In this document: positions 59,850-64,000 of the stretch, in pieces
Layout: the number at the start of each line of letters is the position of its first letter
Numbering within the stretch: position 1 is the stretch's first letter
From: Sphagnum compactum
Lineage: Eukaryota
DNA: 64,000 nt
Assembly (NCBI GenBank): GCA_965153455.1
Contig: OZ234494.1
Location: 3,038,001 to 3,102,000 of the forward strand
Reading direction: 5' to 3'
The notes under the pieces: model-generated
Seen by the model: the letters and a program-made list of their open reading frames with translations, nothing else
Databases searched by the model: none
What the model was told of the DNA's origin: nothing
Translations under genes and position numbers: made by a program

Positions 59850-60470
59850 GAATGGCCTATCCCATGGATGTCAACATAGGATGATGGCCCATCACCCCAT
59901 TGAATTCTACATGACTTGGGTACGTTTGTGAAAAACATTGATGATGAATAATAACATGTGAATATTTTAAAATTTCAATGAACTTTTGTCGAAAATTCAG
60001 AATTTTATTTTTTTATGTCAAAATTAATTTTTCAAAATAAAAAATAAATATTTGACAATAAAATGCTGAGCATGAAAAGATACTACAATATAACCTTGGT
60101 GGTAGGGGATGGGTAATTTAAAAGACTCTTAGCTTCTTGGGATGGTATATCCAATGGATGTATGTGAACTTGGGTTGGCCCATCACTCATTTCCTAAAGA
60201 CATCCCTTAGGAGATGGCCTTAAGGATGGATGGCATTTGGGATGAATAATGTCTCAAACACTTGTAGACTTGGTAGCGGGGAGTTGACAACTTTTAAGAA
60301 CACCTCATGTATGCCTATCCCAATGGATGTGCATTAACATGGCATGATTTCCTAAAGACATCCTTAGGATGGCCTTTAAGATGGATGTCCCAAATCCTTA
60401 TAACCTTGGTAGTATGGGGTGGACAACTTTAAGAAAACCTCATTCATGCCTATCCCCATGGATATTGAAT
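59850..60470. repeat. Degenerate tandem repeats upstream of RPS1
   Basis: Recurring gcctatccc.atggat, ttcctaaagacatcc.ttag and gacaactttt?aagaa..acctca motifs at roughly 140-160-bp spacing. Confidence 0.6.
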
Positions 60471-61179
60471 TCCAAAAAGGCCATGAAAGGAGTGGGCTTG
60501 GGCTTGAGGTTTATTAGAGTAGAATATTTTCAATCCTGGGTCCTAAGACACGGAATATTGGCCTCGGGGCAAACCCCATGAGATTCCCTTGGACATGGGG
60601 CTAAACATCTTACAAATTATGTTAATGTCATGTCCTTCACCTTGCATGGTTTTGTCTTGGGCCTTTGGTAACTCGGGGTCAATGGGAACAAGTATTGGGA
60701 ATGAACGTATAATTTTATTCCACATTTATACATGTATGAAATAATACATCCACAATGGTCATCCAATAAGGCATGGTAACATTATGAAATTTAATGATGG
60801 CTTGAGACATGCAACAAGAAAGCTTTTTGGCCTAGAGTGTTGGCATATATGTTCCATACTCCCTCTTATCCTATTGGGGGGGGAGGGGGATTGCCACATC
60901 CAATGCCCCCCATACCTTGAAAGCATTTTGCCCCAACCCCATGACACCCCATGACCCCAAGCCACGATGTGCCAAAGAGGCCATGAAATGAATGGGCTTG
61001 AGCTTTAAAATAAAATATGCCTTGTCCAATGGTCCCATGATAGGGAATATTGGCTAGGGCTTGGGGGTGGATTATCACATCCAAGCCCCTAGGTACCTTA
61101 ACCCTATCATGGCATGGGGCCATTATGTCATGGGTGCCATGCCACCACTTCCTAAACTTCGGGCGACTTGTTTGGGCTC

Positions 61180-61566
61180 CTAGGTAGCCTAAGGTCTTTG
61201 CCTTAAACCACACCTATGGAATTAATAATCGACCTACTAGATACACCTTGGAACCCTAGGTAGCCTAAGGTCATTTTGTTCAATGCCCCATGCCACAATG
61301 TCTTGTACCCCAAGCCACATTGTCCTAGCTCCCATGCAATTTAAATTTTTTTTTGTGTTAAGCCATATATAGAATTCCAACACAAGGTGAACCATAAAAT
61401 TGCCCAAACCTATAGCCAAAAAATCTTTTAGGCTTTGACCCTTGGATAACCTAAGGTCTTTGCTTTGGGCTTCATATATGGAATTATAATTAAACTATTA
61501 CACCTTGGAACCTTAGGCAGCCTAAGGTCATTTTGTTCAGGGCCCCATGCTACCATGTTTTGCACC
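61180..61566. repeat. Two ~258-bp direct repeats, the second truncated at 61566
   Basis: cctaaggtcttt?gc...tatggaatta...tacaccttggaacc.tagg.agcctaaggtcattttgttca..gccccatgc occurs at ~61182-61300 and ~61443-61560. Confidence 0.75.
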
Positions 61567-62064
61567 TAGTTGGGATAAATCCTTTCGAGGTTGGTGGGAT
61601 ACATGATGCTTATTTCACCACCTTTGTCTTTGTTGCACAACAACAAAACTCTTGAATTCTTATGCACATTTTTGACAAGTTTTAAAACATGTACACTTTG
61701 AATTATGTTGATGTTGAAGCTTTGAATGAATTTGTTTCAAACAATTAATAAATTTTATAAAATGATTTCATTTATATGTTAAGTATGATGTTAAGTATTT
61801 AATGATTGTAGTCAAATGTCAAAATAATAAACTATCATATAATTATGCATGGTAAAAAATTAAAAATTAATGTAATGTGGATAAAAAATGTTATACCCCC
61901 ATAAAAAATACATGTTTACATTACGTACTTCTTAAAACATACGAGGAATGTTTTTTTTAATAGTACTTCAAAGACAACTCTATTAATTATGATAAAATCA
62001 TATCATGTGTTCTTGTTTGACTTCAACAAAAATATTATCACAACCCTAGCCTTGAATTCACGAT

Positions 62065-63398
62065 TAAAGCCAAAGGCATGAAAACGCCTACAGTTGACGC
62101 CCCATGAATTTCCCACTCCATCCAATAGCTTGACGAGCAAAAGTGTATGCACTTTGTAATCGAACATATGGTGCATAATCATTTCTTCCATGAACTTCTG
62201 CTGCAAATGCTAAGATGTGAAAGCGACACCAATACAAAAACCTGTTTAATGCACATGATATAGTACCAAAAGGCCCACCCAATGCGCTCTCTAGGCCTCC
62301 AATCCGGAATAAATCCAACTCACTATAAAGTCAACGTCCATCAATCACCATCTCTATATGGACAGTAACCTCAACCCTGATGCCTAAAATGCGTCTACTC
62401 AATACATCTTTTGTCATTGCTACCCAACGCTCCATCAAATCCTGGAGCTGGCTTCGCCTAGTACGCATTGTGCGCATAGTAGCTGGCATGTCATTTAACA
62501 TTTGCCTCTGTATCACAGAAAGAATATCATGACACAACACCTGATAAACCTTGACCTTAATTATATGTGAGTCAATAATTGGTCTAAAGTCCAAAGACCC
62601 ATAGCCTTGCACATTGCACATCTCGTGCACAGTGCTTTCCTTGAACCTCCGCGCCTCGCATTGCATTTCACTAAATTTGTAAAGCTGCAATCCACCTATA
62701 GGAAATTGGACCCCATAATCAAACATATTTTTCTTTGTTGGAACAGAAGAACCCATCTCTGCACGATATCGTTGTATGAAACGATCAATCATGGGCTCTG
62801 CATCCGGAATCTCCCATTTCATCCCAAAGAATGAAACCCGACATACTCTGGCACCTAAAGAGTGTAGAGCATCTGACATGGCCGAAATATGAACATTAAC
62901 TTGGTTCCGTGATAGTGTTAAACTATCAGGACTACAAGTTAATGTCATACCGAAATCCCGGCGCAAAATATTCACCAAATCGTCTTTGAATGCAGCCCTC
63001 TCATGCTCATCACTCCCAGCATACACCTCCACCACTATGGGGTCGGAAATCACGTGAAACCAATCATGAAACTCTGGAAGATCCCTCACCGACACCTTCC
63101 GATTCGCCGGGCGAGCCATAATCCTAAACAATGCTGGTAAATCCCTGGTAAGCATCTTGAAACAAGCTGCATCAAGATCTATATACTTTGGATCATTGAT
63201 CTCCAGATATTCTAATAAATTAGTGCAAGGTCCACTGAGAGGCAGAAACCGAACAAGGGGAGCAGGTATTGCACTAGCGAGGGGTGTACGAGTATACAAA
63301 CGCCTCAAAGTGGAAGTCGGGTGGACAGAAATATTTGACGCATGCGTCTGTGTTATAATATGCTCTGCAAGACGACTGATAATATTAACAAGAGGCAT
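62065..63398 (-). pseudogene. Intronless ~440-codon ORF of unknown family (intact part 355 aa, 63398-62331), probably mobile-element encoded
   Basis: A long, complex, GC-richer ORF in AT-rich DNA. Protein-like sequence continues in frame past TGA (62331-62333) for another 80 codons to TAG (62088-62090). Both stops are one C-to-T change from CGA and CAG. Confidence 0.7.
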
Positions 63399-63404
63399 AT
63401 TGTA

Positions 63405-63700
63405 AAAAATCTACAAAAGCCAAATCTCAAATCCACCAAATGCCAAATATATTTACAAAACCAAATCTTAAATCTATCAAATGCCAAACTCAAATCTATC
63501 AAATGCCAAATATACAAAAAATGTACAACTATCAAAATGCAAAGTCTTTCAAATGACAACTATCTCCATACATCAAATGCAAAATATCTCAAATGACAAC
63601 TATCAATGTACACTAAATGCCAAATGTAAAAAATGTACCACTACCAAATGCAAACTATATCAAATGACAACTATCAATGTACACCAAATGCCAAATGTCA
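63405..63700. repeat. Short degenerate tandem repeats immediately upstream of the unknown ORF
   Basis: caaatgccaaa occurs several times and aaatgacaactatc three times. Confidence 0.8.
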
Positions 63701-63884
63701 AACTTTATTTTTTTCTACTCTAGAAACCTTCTACCTTCGTCTTCTTTTTTTTTCTCACTCGACATACCAGCTGTTTTCTATTTTTTTTTTGTAGCGCTGG
63801 GAGCACCTTTCTCTCCTTTCTCTAATGCACTAAGCCTTGATTTTTTTGACTCACTTTACCCACTTCTCTATGCAAAAAATCTCT

Positions 63885-64000
63885 TGTTGCAACCCCACTT
63901 TGTCCAAGTGTGGGGGTGAAGCCCAACATTTGGAAAAGTTGGAGGTTTGGAGTCCTCCGGGACTCCCGAATGTTCAGAGCTCGACAGCAAGGCCGAAAAC
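63885..64000 (+). mobile_element. Start of a probable LTR retrotransposon LTR, running off the window
   Basis: Abrupt compositional switch at TGTTGCAACCCCACTTT, a TG start. I recall ggagtcctccgggactcccgaa as part of an abundant peat-moss LTR, but this is unverified. Confidence 0.6.

Overview
AT-rich, repeat-rich land-plant nuclear DNA; intron style, microsatellites and repeat families point to a bryophyte, probably Sphagnum-like (inference). Five intact genes are supported: an F-box-like protein with an XPA-C-like C-terminus (+, 1646-2392), a two-exon CFL1-like WW plus C4 zinc-ribbon protein (-, 6723-7911), a 12-exon PP2A catalytic subunit (-, 36135-40776), a ubiquitin-RPS27a fusion (+, 52853-53846) and an 8-exon plastid ribosomal protein S1 (-, 55935-59129). 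Intergenic DNA holds a decayed PIF/Harbinger element with TIRs and TAA TSD, a non-autonomous CACTA element with a nested MITE, Ty3/gypsy gag, LINE and PPR relics, tandem arrays and several hairpins. The main leads are three: an intronless, recently disrupted ~440-codon ORF (62065-63398) whose motif order resembles Rep_trans-type rolling-circle initiators, inside an apparent insertion with a sharp CTAG end; a 231-bp satellite that appears to be an amplified copy of the UBQ-RPS27a promoter module; and the F-box/XPA-like fusion. All homology calls are by eye; no searches were run.
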